From: Rhodospirillales bacterium
GTDB taxonomy: Bacteria > Pseudomonadota > Alphaproteobacteria > Azospirillales > Azospirillaceae
NCBI GenBank assembly: GCA_947457845.1
Contig: CANGXM010000001.1
Location: 1 to 56,729, forward strand
Direction of reading: 5' to 3'
DNA length: 56,729 nt
Shown here: in pieces, positions 1 through 10,552 of the stretch
How positions within the stretch are numbered: position 1 is the first letter of the stretch
Layout: each line of letters opens with the position of its first letter
Program-made: the position numbers and the translations under genes
Notes under the pieces: generated by a model
What the model saw: only the letters and a program-made list of their open reading frames with translations
What the model was told of the DNA's origin: nothing
Database searches by the model: none

Positions 1-1
1 C

Positions 2-784
2 GTCCTCGCCCGCATCTGCGCCGCGACGCTGGAGGAAGTGCGCCGCCGGATGGCGCTGCGCACCTTCGCGGAGATGGACCGCGCGGCGCGGGACGCCGGA
101 CCGGTGCGCGGCTTCCGCAACGCGCTGGCGACGGCCGCGGCGGCGGGGCGTTCCGGGCTGATCGCCGAGATCAAGAAAGCGTCGCCCAGCAAGGGCCTGA
201 TCCGGGCCGATTTCGATCCGCCCGCCCTCGCACGCGCCTATGCCGAGGGCGGGGCGACCTGCCTGTCTGTCCTCACCGACGGGCCCTGGTTCCAGGGGCG
301 CGACGAAGACATGGTCGCCGCCCGCGCCGCCTGCGCGCTGCCCGTGATCCGCAAGGACTTCATGCTGACGGCGTGGCAGATCGCCGAGAGTCGGGCACTG
401 GGCGCCGACTGCGTGCTCCTCATCCTCGCCGCGCTGACCGACGGGCAGGCGGCGGATCTCGCGGCGGCGGCCCACGGCTATGGCATGGACGTGCTGGTCG
501 AGGTCCACGACATGGCCGAGGCGGAGCGGGCGCTGGCCCTCCCCTCCTCCTGCCTCCTCGGAATCAACAACCGCAATCTCAAGACCTTGTCGGTCGATCT
601 TGCGACAACGGAGCAGGTAGCGCGCATCGTGCCGAAGGATCGACTCCTCGTCGCCGAGAGCGGCATCCACACGCCGGCGGACCTGCGCCGGATGGCCGCC
701 GTCGGCGCGCGCTGCTTCCTCGTCGGCGAAAGCCTGATGCGCCAGCCGGACGTCGCCGCGGCCGTGCGGACGCTGCTGGCATGA
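2..784 (+). CDS. trpC: Indole-3-glycerol phosphate synthase (5' end cut by the window edge)
   Basis: Translation carries TrpC hallmarks ([34 protein letters not shown]). The frame stays open back to nt 2 ([13 protein letters not shown]...), so the N-terminus lies upstream of the window. Confidence 0.9.
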   Translation, partial: VLARICAATLEEVRRRMALRTFAEMDRAARDAGPVRGFRNALATAAAAGRSGLIAEIKKASPSKGLIRADFDPPALARAYAEGGATCLSVLTDGPWFQGRDEDMVAARAACALPVIRKDFMLTAWQIAESRALGADCVLLILAALTDGQAADLAAAAHGYGMDVLVEVHDMAEAERALALPSSCLLGINNRNLKTLSVDLATTEQVARIVPKDRLLVAESGIHTPADLRRMAAVGARCFLVGESLMRQPDVAAAVRTLLA

Positions 785-1257
785 GCGGCTTCACCCACTT
801 CGACGCCGAAGGCCGGGCGGTGATGGTCGACGTCACCGAAAAGGACGTCACCGACCGCGTCGCCGTCGCAAAGGGCTCGGTGCGGATGGCGCCAGAGACG
901 CTGCGCCTCGTGATGGAGGGCGGGCTCAAGAAGGGCGACGTCCTGTCCGTCGCCCGCCTCGCCGGCATCATGGGGGCGAAGCGCACGCCCGACCTGATCC
1001 CCCTCTGCCATCCGCTCGCTCTCACCTCGGTCAAGGTCGATCTCCTCTGCGACCCCGACCGGTCCACGGTCGAGATCACCGCCACCTGCCGCCTGTCGGG
1101 CCGGACCGGGGTGGAGATGGAGGCGCTGACCGCGGTCTCGGTCGCCGCACTCACCGTCTACGACATGTGCAAGGCGGTCGACCGCGGCATGGTCATCGGC
1201 GAAATCCGCCTCGTCCGCAAGGAAGGCGGTAAGTCAGGCACTTACGAGGCGAATTAA
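781..1257 (+). CDS. moaC: Cyclic pyranopterin monophosphate synthase MoaC
   Basis: The ATG at 781 overlaps the trpC stop (ATGA). The 158-aa product [22 protein letters not shown]...IPLCHPL...GVEMEALTA is a typical MoaC. Confidence 0.9.
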   Translation: MSGFTHFDAEGRAVMVDVTEKDVTDRVAVAKGSVRMAPETLRLVMEGGLKKGDVLSVARLAGIMGAKRTPDLIPLCHPLALTSVKVDLLCDPDRSTVEITATCRLSGRTGVEMEALTAVSVAALTVYDMCKAVDRGMVIGEIRLVRKEGGKSGTYEAN

Positions 1258-2474
1258 TGATCACGGTGGAGGAAGCGCAGGCGCGGATGGGCGCTGACGT
1301 GCGCCCGTTGCCCGGCGAGGTCGTTCCCCTGATGGACGCGTTCGGCCGGGTCCTGGCCGAACCGGTCGTCGCCCGCCGCACCCAGCCCCCCTTCGCCGCG
1401 TCCGCCATGGACGGATATGCCGCCCGGGCCGTCGACGTCGCCGCGGTCCCGACGACCCTCCGGGTGGTTGGAACGGTTCCCGCCGGCGCGACCTTCGAGG
1501 GCCGTGTCGGGTCCGGCGAATGCGTGCGCATCTTCACCGGCGCGCCCGTGCCCGACGGGGCCGACGCGATCGTCATCCAGGAGGATACCGAGCCCGCGGG
1601 CGACGGGACGGTCCTCGTCCGCGAGACGGCCGTGGCCGGCCGCTACGTCCGCCCGGCGGGCCTCGACTTCGCGACCGGCGACGCGGTGCTGCCGGCAGGG
1701 CGGCTGGTCGGCGCCCGCGACCTGGGGCTCGCGGCCGCGGCGAACGTGCCCTGGCTCTCGGTCCGGCGCCGTCCGCGCGTCGCGATCCTGTCGACCGGGA
1801 ACGAGATCGCGATGCCCGGGGATCCGGTCGGGCCCAGCCAGATCGTCAGCTCCAACGGACCGGCCCTCGTCGCCTTCGTGATCGCGTCCGGCGGCCAGCC
1901 GATCCACCTCGGCAACGCGCCGGACGACGTGGACGCGATCGGCCGGCTCGTGGAGGGCGCAATGGGGGCCGACCTGCTGGTCACCACGGGCGGCGTCTCT
2001 GTCGGCGAGCACGACCTCGTCCGCCCCGGCCTCGCCCGGCACGACCTGTCGCTCGACTTCTGGAAGGTCGCGATGCGGCCGGGAAAGCCGCTGATGTTCG
2101 GGCGCATGGCGGGGGTGCCCGTGCTCGGCCTGCCGGGCAACCCCGTCTCCTGCCTCGTGTGCGCGATGCTGTTCCTGCGCCCGCTGATCGACGCGCTCCT
2201 CGGCCTCGACAGGGGCGGCGACGGCGAGGTCAGGCTGCCCCTCGCCGCGCCGGTCCCTGCGAACGACCGGCGGCAGGACTATCTGCGCGCGCGGATCGTG
2301 ATCGACCCGTCGGGCGCGACGGCGGTCGAGCCCTTTTCCCGGCAGGACAGTTCCATGATGGCGCGCCTCGCGGCCGCCGACGCCCTCGTCGTGCGCCCGC
2401 CGAACGCGCCCGCCGCACCGGCGGGCACGCCGGTCCCGGTGCTCCGATTTCCGGTGGGTCACCTCAGGGTTTGA
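1257..2474 (+). CDS. moeA: Molybdopterin molybdenumtransferase MoeA
   Basis: 405-aa ORF whose ATG overlaps the moaC TAA by 1 nt. It has the MoeA-like N-terminus (ITVEEAQARM) and SAMDGYA, TGGVSVGEHD and PGNPVS motifs. Confidence 0.88.
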   Translation: MITVEEAQARMGADVRPLPGEVVPLMDAFGRVLAEPVVARRTQPPFAASAMDGYAARAVDVAAVPTTLRVVGTVPAGATFEGRVGSGECVRIFTGAPVPDGADAIVIQEDTEPAGDGTVLVRETAVAGRYVRPAGLDFATGDAVLPAGRLVGARDLGLAAAANVPWLSVRRRPRVAILSTGNEIAMPGDPVGPSQIVSSNGPALVAFVIASGGQPIHLGNAPDDVDAIGRLVEGAMGADLLVTTGGVSVGEHDLVRPGLARHDLSLDFWKVAMRPGKPLMFGRMAGVPVLGLPGNPVSCLVCAMLFLRPLIDALLGLDRGGDGEVRLPLAAPVPANDRRQDYLRARIVIDPSGATAVEPFSRQDSSMMARLAAADALVVRPPNAPAAPAGTPVPVLRFPVGHLRV

Positions 2475-2520
2475 GGGGCGCAGGATGGTTTCGCTTCGAA
2501 TGTGCCTTGACCCGCTCCGG

Positions 2521-2535
2521 GAACCAAAGTAGAAC
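2521..2535 (+). promoter_or_regulatory. LexA operator (alphaproteobacterial SOS box, GAAC-N7-GAAC)
   Basis: Exact GAACcaaagtaGAAC lies 79-93 nt upstream of the lexA ATG. It matches the direct-repeat SOS box known for alphaproteobacteria. Confidence 0.75.
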
Positions 2536-2545
2536 GCGGAGCATC

Positions 2546-2560
2546 GTTGCGGTTTTGTTC
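2546..2560 (+). promoter_or_regulatory. Second, imperfect SOS-box-like repeat (GTTG-N7-GTTC)
   Basis: GTTGcggttttGTTC lies 10 nt downstream of box 1 in the opposite orientation. It has one mismatch to GTTC-N7-GTTC. Confidence 0.45.
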
Positions 2561-2613
2561 TCGCATCCGTGAAGGAGCGGGCCGGCCGCAGCACCCGGTT
2601 GGGGGAGGCCGAC

Positions 2614-3324
2614 ATGCTCACGCGCAAGCAGCACGAACTGCTCGTCTTCATCGACGAACGCCTGAACCGCGACGGCGTCTCCCCGTCGTTCGACGAGATG
2701 AAGGAGGCTCTCGGCCTCAAGTCGAAGTCCGGCATCCACCGGTTGATCACCGCGCTGGAGGAGCGCGGCTTCATCCGCCGCCTTCCCCACCGCGCCCGGG
2801 CGCTGGAGGTGCTGAAGATCCCCGAGGCGACGAAGCAGCCGAAGGCGCCGCCACCACGGATCGCCGAGCGTCCCCGTCCACCGGCCGCCGTCATCCGGCC
2901 GGAGTTCGGCTCGCCACCGGTACGCGAGGTGCGGACGGCGGACGAGATCGTGACCCTTCCCCTTTACGGCCGGATCGCCGCCGGCGTCCCGATCGAGGCG
3001 GTTCGCACGGAGTCCAGCATCGACATCCCGGCCTCCCTGATCGGCAACGGCGATCACTTCGCGCTGGAGGTCGTGGGCGACAGCATGGTCGATGCCGGGA
3101 TCCTCGAGGGCGACACCGTCATCGTCCAGCGCTGCGAGACGGCGGAGAACGGGACCATCGTCGTCGCCTTCGTCGACGGCGAGGAGGTCACCCTCAAGCG
3201 CTGGCGGCGCAAGGGCAACGCCATCGCGCTGGAACCCGCCAACGCGCGCTACGAGACCCGGATCTTCGGTGCCGACCGCGTTCGCGTGCAGGGACGCCTG
3301 GCCGGCCTCATCCGCCGCTACTGA
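2614..3324 (+). CDS. lexA: LexA repressor (SOS regulator), long-linker alphaproteobacterial type
   Basis: The product starts [17 protein letters not shown] and has a winged-helix N-domain. The cleavage and peptidase region is present (YGRIAAG, GDSM, LKR). GGAGG lies 5 nt upstream of the ATG at 2614. The ORF-track start at 2569 is unlikely. Confidence 0.92.
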   Translation: MLTRKQHELLVFIDERLNRDGVSPSFDEMKEALGLKSKSGIHRLITALEERGFIRRLPHRARALEVLKIPEATKQPKAPPPRIAERPRPPAAVIRPEFGSPPVREVRTADEIVTLPLYGRIAAGVPIEAVRTESSIDIPASLIGNGDHFALEVVGDSMVDAGILEGDTVIVQRCETAENGTIVVAFVDGEEVTLKRWRRKGNAIALEPANARYETRIFGADRVRVQGRLAGLIRRY

Positions 3325-5443
3325 CGCCCGTCCACCGGCGCCGCCCGCTCTCTCCGCGGACGGTCGTCACCCGCCACGTCCCGTCGGCGATGGTGACGGC
3401 GTGCGGGCCATCGCGGATCAGCGCCGTCCGGTCGATGACCGTCGGCGCGCCGCACTGCCCGGCGTCGAGCGCGGTGACGATGATCTGGGCCGTGAGGCAG
3501 GCGTCGCCGAGCCCGGCCCGGGCCCGCACCCAGGCGACGACCACCCCCTCCCGCTCCATCCGGCAGGCGGACCGCGTGCAGACGATGCCGCCCGCGGTCC
3601 GCCCGGTCGGCGGAAGCAGCGGCACCGGCGTCTCCGGATCGTCGCCGTCCCGTCGACGCCAGGTCTGGATGTCGAAGGCGCCGGCGCGGTCGTTTGAGAA
3701 CCGGCGGATCCCGTCGCCGTCCATGAGGCCCACCAGCCGGCCGTCGTCGTCGACCAGCACCGCCGGACGCCCCCCGGCGGCCGACAGGGCCAAGCCGACG
3801 CCGAGCGCCACCGGGAGGAGCCCCGCCCACCGCCATCCGCCCCGCCACAGACAGATCCAGAGGCCGCCGACGACGACCGCGGCGAGGGCCGACGACGGCG
3901 TCGCGGGCACCCGGACGACGGCGTGGGGCAACCCGGCGACGATCCGCGCGGTCTCGACGATCAGGCCGACGCCCCAGCCCATGAGCACGATCGGCCATTC
4001 GTCGAGTCCGAACGGGAGGGCGATCGCCACGACGATCGCCATGGGCATGACGACGAACGCGGTCACTGGCACCGCGATCATGTTCGCGATCAGCCCGAGG
4101 GGGGCGACCTGCTGGAAATGGTGCAGCGAGAAGGGTGCGGTGGCGACCGTGGCCACGGCCGAGGAGAGCAGGAGGCCGGCGCCGTAGTGGAGCAGGCCGC
4201 GGCCGGGCCGCTCCGTCGCGCGCAGCCGCGCGAGCGGCCGCTCCAGCGCCTCGTAGGCCGCGATCAGCGCCACGACGGCGGCGAACGACATCTGGAAGCT
4301 CACGCCGGCGATGCTCTCGGGAAACAGGGCGAGGACGACCGCCGCGGCGAAGGCCACGGAGCGCATGCTGATCGCCACGCGGTCGACCAGCACGGCGAGC
4401 AGCACGAGGGCCGTCATCAGCAGCGACCGGACCGTCGGCACCGGCGCGCCGACGACCAGCGAATAGGCCGTCGCCGCCAGCAGGCCCGCGACGGCGGCGA
4501 TCTTCTTGAGCGGCCATCGCAGGGCGAGCGGCGGGACGGCCGCGAGCATCGCGCGGACGACGAAGAACACGGTGCCTGCGACGAGGCTGATGTGCAGGCC
4601 GGAGATCGATAGGAGGTGGGCGAGGCCGCTCGCGCGGAACCACGCCATCACCTCGGGATCGATGTCCGTCTGCTCCCCGTGCATCAGGGCGGCGGTCACC
4701 TTGGCGGTGGCTGGATCGGTGACGGCGGCGTCGACCCGCGCCGCGATGTGGCGCCTGAGCCGTTCGAGCGCGATGCGCGCGGCGTCCCACCGGCCGGGCT
4801 CGGGCCCCGCCACCCGACGGTGGGGCGCGATGGCGTAGCCCGTCGCGCCGAGGCCGTCGAAGTAGGCCTGGAGGCGGAAGTCGAACGCCCCCGGCTCGGA
4901 GGGGGACGGCGGCGGGAAGACGATCGCCCGCACGCGGATCCGCCCGCCGATCTCCGGCGTCGCGTCGCCCGCGGCGAGACGGACACGGACCCGCGCGGGC
5001 GTGCGCGCGGCGGCGAGACGGTCCACCGACACGCCGGAGAGCGTGACCCGCTGTCGGTTGCCCGTCCCGTCGACCGCCATCACCCGGCCGATGACGTCCG
5101 CCGGCCCGATGCGGCGATCGAGGACCGGGGCGCCGATGGCCGCGGTCCGCAGCGCGGCGACGAAGACACCCGCGACGATCACCGCGACCGCGAGGACCGC
5201 GGGACGGACGCCGCCGCGGGACAGCAGGAGCACCGTCGCGCAGACGCCGAGGGCGATCCCCGCGATGGTGACCGACGGCTCGACCGGCCACGCGAGGTGG
5301 CTGAGGATGCCGAGGCCGAACAGGACCGGCAGCCAGAGCGCCCATCGCTCCCGCTCGGCCAACGCCCGGTCGACGATCGCCGGCCAGAGGGCACCGACGG
5401 CGAACGTAGGGAAGGCGACGGGAACGGAGCGGGGCCGCGACAC
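3308..5443 (-). CDS. comEC: ComEC/Rec2 family inner-membrane DNA-uptake channel protein
   Basis: Polytopic membrane protein with the ComEC core motif ([17 protein letters not shown]). The GTG at 5443 is preceded by GGAGGA. The ORF-track start at 5608 adds a non-membrane Arg/Gly-rich extension and is probably spurious. The 3' end overlaps lexA by 17 nt. Confidence 0.8.
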   Translation of the reverse strand: MSRPRSVPVAFPTFAVGALWPAIVDRALAERERWALWLPVLFGLGILSHLAWPVEPSVTIAGIALGVCATVLLLSRGGVRPAVLAVAVIVAGVFVAALRTAAIGAPVLDRRIGPADVIGRVMAVDGTGNRQRVTLSGVSVDRLAAARTPARVRVRLAAGDATPEIGGRIRVRAIVFPPPSPSEPGAFDFRLQAYFDGLGATGYAIAPHRRVAGPEPGRWDAARIALERLRRHIAARVDAAVTDPATAKVTAALMHGEQTDIDPEVMAWFRASGLAHLLSISGLHISLVAGTVFFVVRAMLAAVPPLALRWPLKKIAAVAGLLAATAYSLVVGAPVPTVRSLLMTALVLLAVLVDRVAISMRSVAFAAAVVLALFPESIAGVSFQMSFAAVVALIAAYEALERPLARLRATERPGRGLLHYGAGLLLSSAVATVATAPFSLHHFQQVAPLGLIANMIAVPVTAFVVMPMAIVVAIALPFGLDEWPIVLMGWGVGLIVETARIVAGLPHAVVRVPATPSSALAAVVVGGLWICLWRGGWRWAGLLPVALGVGLALSAAGGRPAVLVDDDGRLVGLMDGDGIRRFSNDRAGAFDIQTWRRRDGDDPETPVPLLPPTGRTAGGIVCTRSACRMEREGVVVAWVRARAGLGDACLTAQIIVTALDAGQCGAPTVIDRTALIRDGPHAVTIADGTWRVTTVRGESGRRRWTGVSSGG

Positions 5444-5704
5444 GTTTCCTCCGCAGTTCGCCACCCGAGATTGCAGCGACCGGGCGGTCCGGCGCAAGTG
5501 CGGCGCCGTGGTCGCGGCGCCCGGCCACCTGCGCGGGCATCGCCCCTCCCGCCCGACGCCTCCCGCCCGTCGCTCCCATGTCCCCTCCGGATCACGGCGC
5601 GTTGCCAACCTCGGAGTGCGGCCTTATCCTGCGCCACGACGGTCGGGATCGCACCGCCGGACCCGCCCATGACCCTTGCAAACCCGAGGACGGGGCAAAT
5701 TCGC

Positions 5705-7030
5705 ATGAGCGCTGACACTTCCGCCGCGAAGTCCGGCAACCCGGCGGTCACGCTGACCGACGGCGCGACCGGCAAGACGTTCCAGCTCCCGGTGCTCAAG
5801 GGCACCACGGGTCCGGACGTCGTGGACATCCGCAAGCTCTACGGGGAAAGCGGCTACTTCACGTTCGATCCCGGCTTCACGTCGACGGGCGCGTGCGAGA
5901 GCAAGATCACCTATATCGACGGCGACGCGGGCATCCTGCTGCACCGCGGCTATCCGATCGAGCAGCTGGCCGAGAAGAGCGACTTCATGGAGGTGTGCTA
6001 CCTCCTGCTCCACGGCGAACTGCCGACCGTGTCCGAGAAGGTGGAGTTCGAGAAGAACATCACCTATCACACGATGGTTCACGAGCAGCTGGCGGCGTTC
6101 TATCGCGGCTTCCGTCGCGACGCGCACCCGATGGCGATCATGTGCGGCGTGGTGGGCGCGCTCTCGGCCTTCTATCACGACAGCACCGACATTGAGGATC
6201 CGCAGCAGCGGATGATCGCCTCGCACCGGCTGATCGCGAAGATGCCGACGATCGCGGCGATGGCCTACAAGTACTCGATCGGCCAGCCGTTCATGTATCC
6301 CAAGAACGAGCTGAGCTACGCCGAGAACTTCCTCTACATGACGTTCGGCGTTCCCTGCGAGCCGTGGAAGCCGAACCCGATCCTGTCCAAGGCCATGGAC
6401 AAGATCTTCATCCTGCATGCCGACCACGAGCAGAACGCCTCGACCTCGACCGTCCGCACCGCGGGTTCGTCGGGTGCCAATCCCTTCGCCTGCATCGCCG
6501 CCGGCATCGCCAGCCTCTGGGGCCCCGCACACGGCGGGGCCAACGAGGCCGTGCTGAAGATGCTGAAGGAGATCGGCCACAAGGACCGGATCCCGGAGTT
6601 CGTGAAGCGCGCGAAGGACAAGAACGACAGCTTCCGCCTGATGGGCTTCGGCCATCGGGTCTACAAGAACTACGATCCCCGCGCCAAGGTGATGCAGCAG
6701 ACCTGCTACGAGGTACTCGACAGCCTCGGCATCAAGAATGAGCCGCTGCTGCCCATCGCGATGGAACTCGAGCGGATCGCGCTGGAGGACGAATACTTCG
6801 TCGAGCGCAAGCTCTACCCGAACGTCGACTTCTATTCGGGCATCATCCTCAAGGCGATGAACTTCCCGACCAGCATGTTCACGGCGCTCTTCGCCCTGGC
6901 GCGGACCGTCGGCTGGATCTCCCAGTGGAAGGAGATGATCGAGGATCCGACGCAGAAGATCAGCCGCCCGCGCCAGCTCTACACCGGCTACACCGGCCGC
7001 GACTACGTCCCGGTGGAGGCCCGTGGCTGA
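5705..7030 (+). CDS. gltA: Citrate synthase (type II)
   Basis: The product starts at an internal ATG of ORF 4616..7030. Motifs: [58 protein letters not shown]. Confidence 0.93.
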   Translation: MSADTSAAKSGNPAVTLTDGATGKTFQLPVLKGTTGPDVVDIRKLYGESGYFTFDPGFTSTGACESKITYIDGDAGILLHRGYPIEQLAEKSDFMEVCYLLLHGELPTVSEKVEFEKNITYHTMVHEQLAAFYRGFRRDAHPMAIMCGVVGALSAFYHDSTDIEDPQQRMIASHRLIAKMPTIAAMAYKYSIGQPFMYPKNELSYAENFLYMTFGVPCEPWKPNPILSKAMDKIFILHADHEQNASTSTVRTAGSSGANPFACIAAGIASLWGPAHGGANEAVLKMLKEIGHKDRIPEFVKRAKDKNDSFRLMGFGHRVYKNYDPRAKVMQQTCYEVLDSLGIKNEPLLPIAMELERIALEDEYFVERKLYPNVDFYSGIILKAMNFPTSMFTALFALARTVGWISQWKEMIEDPTQKISRPRQLYTGYTGRDYVPVEARG

Positions 7031-7057
7031 CGGGGCCCGCTCCCACGCCAACCGGGC

Positions 7058-7084
7058 GGCGAGACGTCGTGGACACGTCTCGCC
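7058..7084. terminator. Perfect 10-bp stem-loop between convergent gltA and lpxB (terminator-like, no U-tract)
   Basis: GGCGAGACGT-cgtggac-ACGTCTCGCC lies 28 nt after the gltA stop. No T-run follows on either strand. Confidence 0.4.
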
Positions 7085-7212
7085 TGTCCGGCTGACCGGC
7101 GTCCGTCAGGCGTGCGCGCGTCTCGCCTGCGCGAACGAAAACCGCCTTCCGTTGGCGGAGCGGCTGCGGCGACTCTGGCCCTGGGCGCTGATCGTCGCCT
7201 TCGCGGTGGCGT

Positions 7213-8391
7213 TCACCGTCCTCGGCTGACGGCGTCGGCGAAGACCGACAGCACGACCGCCGCCGCCCGGCGGCTCGGCGCCTCGCCGCCCGCGCCGAGC
7301 CAGGCGGCGACGTCGCGGACGCCTGCGATCTGTGCCTGCCGGGCGGCGCCCTCGGACAGGAGCGTTCCGACCGCGGCCTCGAGCCGTTCCGGGGTGCAGT
7401 CGTCCTGCAACAGTTCGGGGACGAGCATCCGCCCCAGCATGATGTTCACGAGATTGACGTAGGGAACCCGGATCAGGCGGCGAACGATGGCCGCCGTGAT
7501 CGGGTTCACCTTGTAGGCGACGACGGCAGGTAGCCCCGCGAGCGCCAGCTCCAGCGCCACCGTGCCGGAGCAGGCGAGCGCCGCCCGCGACGCGGCGAAG
7601 GCGTCGAATTTCTCCGCGTCGCCGCCGACGACCAGCGTGGGCACCGGCCAGGCCGCCACCGCCGGCCCCACCAGCGGCGCGACGTTCGGAACCGTCGGGA
7701 CGACCACGCGCAGGCCGGAATGGCGCCGGGCGAGGCGGGCGACCGTCTCGCCGAAGATCGGCAGGAGGCGCGTCACCTCCCCGCGGCGGCTGCCGGGCAG
7801 GACGGTCAGGACGGTCTCTTCGTCGCCGATCCCGTGCGCGCGCCGGAACCGGACGCCATCCCCCTGCCCCGCCCCGCTCTCGACGACCGAGTGGCCGACG
7901 AAGGTGGCGGGCAGCCCGACGCGCACGAAATGCTCCGGCTCGAACGGCAGGAGCGTCATGAGATGGTCCACGGACCGCGCGACCCTGGCCGCACGCCCCG
8001 GTCGCCACGCCCACACCGTCGGAGCGACGTAGTGGACGACCGGGATGCCCAGCGGGCGGACGCGGCGCGCCACACGGAATACGAAGTCGGGCGCATCGAT
8101 CGTGACCAGCACGTCCGGCCGGACCCGGGCCACGTCGTCGGCCGTCCGGCGGATGCGTTCGAGGAGACCGGGCAGACGCGGCAGGATCTCCGCCACGCCC
8201 ATGAAGGCGATCTCCGACAGGTCGAACAGCGGGTCGAGCCCGGCCTCCCGCATCCGCGGGCCGCCGACGCCGCGGACCACGACCGGGCGGCCGGCGCGCT
8301 CGCGGAGCCCCTCGATCAGCCGGCCGCCGAGGAGGTCGCCGGAAGGCTCGCCGGCGATCATGTAGACCACCACGGGCCGGTCAGCCGGCAT
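7213..8391 (-). CDS. lpxB: Lipid-A-disaccharide synthase
   Basis: 392 aa with the typical LpxB N-terminus (VYMIAGEPSGDLLG). It sits in conserved lpx synteny. Confidence 0.9.
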   Translation of the reverse strand: MPADRPVVVYMIAGEPSGDLLGGRLIEGLRERAGRPVVVRGVGGPRMREAGLDPLFDLSEIAFMGVAEILPRLPGLLERIRRTADDVARVRPDVLVTIDAPDFVFRVARRVRPLGIPVVHYVAPTVWAWRPGRAARVARSVDHLMTLLPFEPEHFVRVGLPATFVGHSVVESGAGQGDGVRFRRAHGIGDEETVLTVLPGSRRGEVTRLLPIFGETVARLARRHSGLRVVVPTVPNVAPLVGPAVAAWPVPTLVVGGDAEKFDAFAASRAALACSGTVALELALAGLPAVVAYKVNPITAAIVRRLIRVPYVNLVNIMLGRMLVPELLQDDCTPERLEAAVGTLLSEGAARQAQIAGVRDVAAWLGAGGEAPSRRAAAVVLSVFADAVSRGR

Positions 8392-9199
8392 CGATGCCCA
8401 CGACGAACAGGCCGTGCCGGTCCGCCGCCTCGATCAACCGGGCGCGATCGGCCGCGATGGTGGCGCCCGCCGCGGCGGCGATGCCGCGCAGGCCCGCGGC
8501 GGCGGCCTTCTCCACCGTGACTGGGCCGATGGTGGGCAGGTCGAGGCGGCGGTCCTGCTGCGGCTTGGGCAGCTTGACCAGAACGCCACCGGGCCCCGGC
8601 CGGCGAAGCGGACCGCAGCGCTCCAGGAGCGCGTCGGTGCCCTCGATCGCCTCGACGCCGAGGACGAGCCCCTGCTGGACCACCACGGCCTGCCCGACGT
8701 CGGCCGGTCCGATCTGTCGCAGCACCGCCGTTCCGCGCTCGATGTCGACGGCGGCGTCCGCATCGGGCCGGAGCGTGCCGAGCGGTCCGGCTCCCAGGAG
8801 CGCCGCCCCCCAGAATTCGTGCGCGCCGCGGACCTTGAACCCTTCCTCGGTCTCCAGCGTGCGGGCGATGGCGCGCATCAACCCGTCGTCGCCGAACGCG
8901 CGCAGGCCCGCCTTCGCGAAGAAGGCGGCGGCGCGCCAGTCGGGTCGCAGTTCGGTCAGCGACGGGCGACGGAGCGGACCGAAGAAGACGACGTCGGTGA
9001 CGGCACACGACCGCATCCAGTCGAGCACGGGCGCCGCCTGTCCCAGCGCCACCCACAGATGAGGGAACCCTTCGAGGGTCGCCGAATCCGTGTGCCCGTC
9101 GAACCCCACCACATGGACGTCGTGACCCTGGTCGCGACAGGCCTCGGCGAGGCGGCGCGGCAGGCGACCGCCCCCCGCGAGGATCGCGATCCTAGTCAC
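8381..9199 (-). CDS. lpxI: UDP-2,3-diacylglucosamine diphosphatase LpxI (DUF1009 family)
   Basis: The product starts VTRIAILAGGGRLP. It occupies the lpxA-lpxB interval, as lpxI does in alphaproteobacteria. The GTG at 9199 overlaps the lpxA stop. The longer ORF-track start (9373) runs inside lpxA. Confidence 0.8.
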   Translation of the reverse strand: MTRIAILAGGGRLPRRLAEACRDQGHDVHVVGFDGHTDSATLEGFPHLWVALGQAAPVLDWMRSCAVTDVVFFGPLRRPSLTELRPDWRAAAFFAKAGLRAFGDDGLMRAIARTLETEEGFKVRGAHEFWGAALLGAGPLGTLRPDADAAVDIERGTAVLRQIGPADVGQAVVVQQGLVLGVEAIEGTDALLERCGPLRRPGPGGVLVKLPKPQQDRRLDLPTIGPVTVEKAAAAGLRGIAAAAGATIAADRARLIEAADRHGLFVVGIDAG

Positions 9200-9995
9200 C
9201 GTCCGTGTTGCGCGGCAGACAGAGCGGCCTGTTCGCCCGCTCGCGGATAAAGCCCACCACGCGCTCGACCATCCCGCTCGCCTGATAGGTCGACGCCACC
9301 TCGTCGAGCCGCTCGGCGAAGGTGCCGTCCGGGCCGAACAACATGCGGTACGCAGCGCGCAGCGACCGCACATCCTCGCGCCCGAAGCCGCGGCGTTCGA
9401 GGCCGATCAGGTTCAGCCCCGCGAGTCGCGCCCGGTCGCCCATGACGAGGCCGTAGGGGATGACGTCGTTCTCCACGCCCGACATGCCGCCGATCATGGC
9501 GTGCTCGCCGATGCGGCAGAACTGCTTGACCGCCGACAGGCCGCCGATGATGGCGTAGTCGCCCACCGTCACGTGCCCGCCCAATGCCACGCAGTTGGCG
9601 AGAATCACCCCGTCGCCGACCATGCAGTCGTGGCCCACGTGGGACGAGGCCATGAACAAGCATCCGTCCCCGACCCTGGTCAGCATGCCCCCGCCCTCGG
9701 TGCCGGGGTTCATGGTGACGTACTCGCGGATCCGGTTGTTGCGCCCGATCACGAGTTCCGACGGCTCGCCGCGATACTTGAGGTCCTGGGGCGGGTTGCC
9801 GATGGAGGCAAAGGGGAAGATCACGGTCCCCTCGCCGATGCGCGTCCGCCCGGCCACGACGACGTGGGAGACGAGGCGCACGCCCGCTCCCAGCTCGACG
9901 TCCGGGCCCACGGTACAGAAGGGTCCGACGGAGACACCGTCGGCGAGGCGGGCGGCCGGATCGACCACCGCCATGGGATGGATGTCGACGCTCAT
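9192..9995 (-). CDS. lpxA: Acyl-ACP--UDP-N-acetylglucosamine O-acyltransferase
   Basis: 267 aa with left-handed beta-helix hexapeptide repeats and an IHPMAVVDP start. Confidence 0.92.
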   Translation of the reverse strand: MSVDIHPMAVVDPAARLADGVSVGPFCTVGPDVELGAGVRLVSHVVVAGRTRIGEGTVIFPFASIGNPPQDLKYRGEPSELVIGRNNRIREYVTMNPGTEGGGMLTRVGDGCLFMASSHVGHDCMVGDGVILANCVALGGHVTVGDYAIIGGLSAVKQFCRIGEHAMIGGMSGVENDVIPYGLVMGDRARLAGLNLIGLERRGFGREDVRSLRAAYRMLFGPDGTFAERLDEVASTYQASGMVERVVGFIRERANRPLCLPRNTDGD

Positions 9996-10002
9996 GTCGG
10001 GT

Positions 10003-10470
10003 TCAACCGTCGAGGATCATGGCGGAGAAGGTGGCCTCCGCGCACAGGGTGTCGCCCACCTTGGCCTCGCCCCTGAACTTCCAGACGTTGCCGCGTTTGC
10101 GTTGCTTGACGACGTGGATGTAGGCGGTGTCGCCGGGCGTGAGCGGCCGCCGGAACCGCGCATCGTCGACGGTCATGAAATAGACCAGCTTGCCCTCTGC
10201 GGCCGATCCGAGCGTCTGCACCACGAGGACGGCCGCGGTCTGTGCCATCGACTCGATGATCAGGACGCCCGGCATCACCGGCCGCTGCGGAAAGTGGCCC
10301 TGGAAATACTGCTCGTTGATCGAGATGTTCTTCACGCCCGTCGCGCGGACGTCCGGCACGATGTCGATCACCCGGTCGATCATCAGCATCGGGTAGCGGT
10401 GGGGGATCATCTGCATCACACGTGTGATGTCGATCTCCGCCACCGTCGGCCGTTCCGTCGTCACGTCCAT
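10003..10470 (-). CDS. fabZ: 3-hydroxyacyl-ACP dehydratase
   Basis: 155 aa with IPHRYPMLMIDRV and YFQGHFPQRPVMPGVL motifs. Confidence 0.93.
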   Translation of the reverse strand: MDVTTERPTVAEIDITRVMQMIPHRYPMLMIDRVIDIVPDVRATGVKNISINEQYFQGHFPQRPVMPGVLIIESMAQTAAVLVVQTLGSAAEGKLVYFMTVDDARFRRPLTPGDTAYIHVVKQRKRGNVWKFRGEAKVGDTLCAEATFSAMILDG

Positions 10471-10552
10471 TTCCGCATCATCCAGGCTTCCTCGCCGCCC
10501 GTCTTGTGCCCCAACCGCGTCGAATCTTCAACGCCCGTGGGCTTGCGCGCCC

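Noticed and set aside
7023-7229. 68-aa + strand ORF starting inside the gltA stop region and ending inside lpxB, with a hydrophobic C-terminal tail (LWPWALIVAFAVAFTVLG).
   Set aside because: It has no SD. It spans the terminator-like hairpin and overlaps both convergent genes. The N-terminal two-thirds is Arg-rich shadow-frame sequence. A tiny TTG-initiated membrane peptide cannot be excluded, but it is unsupported.
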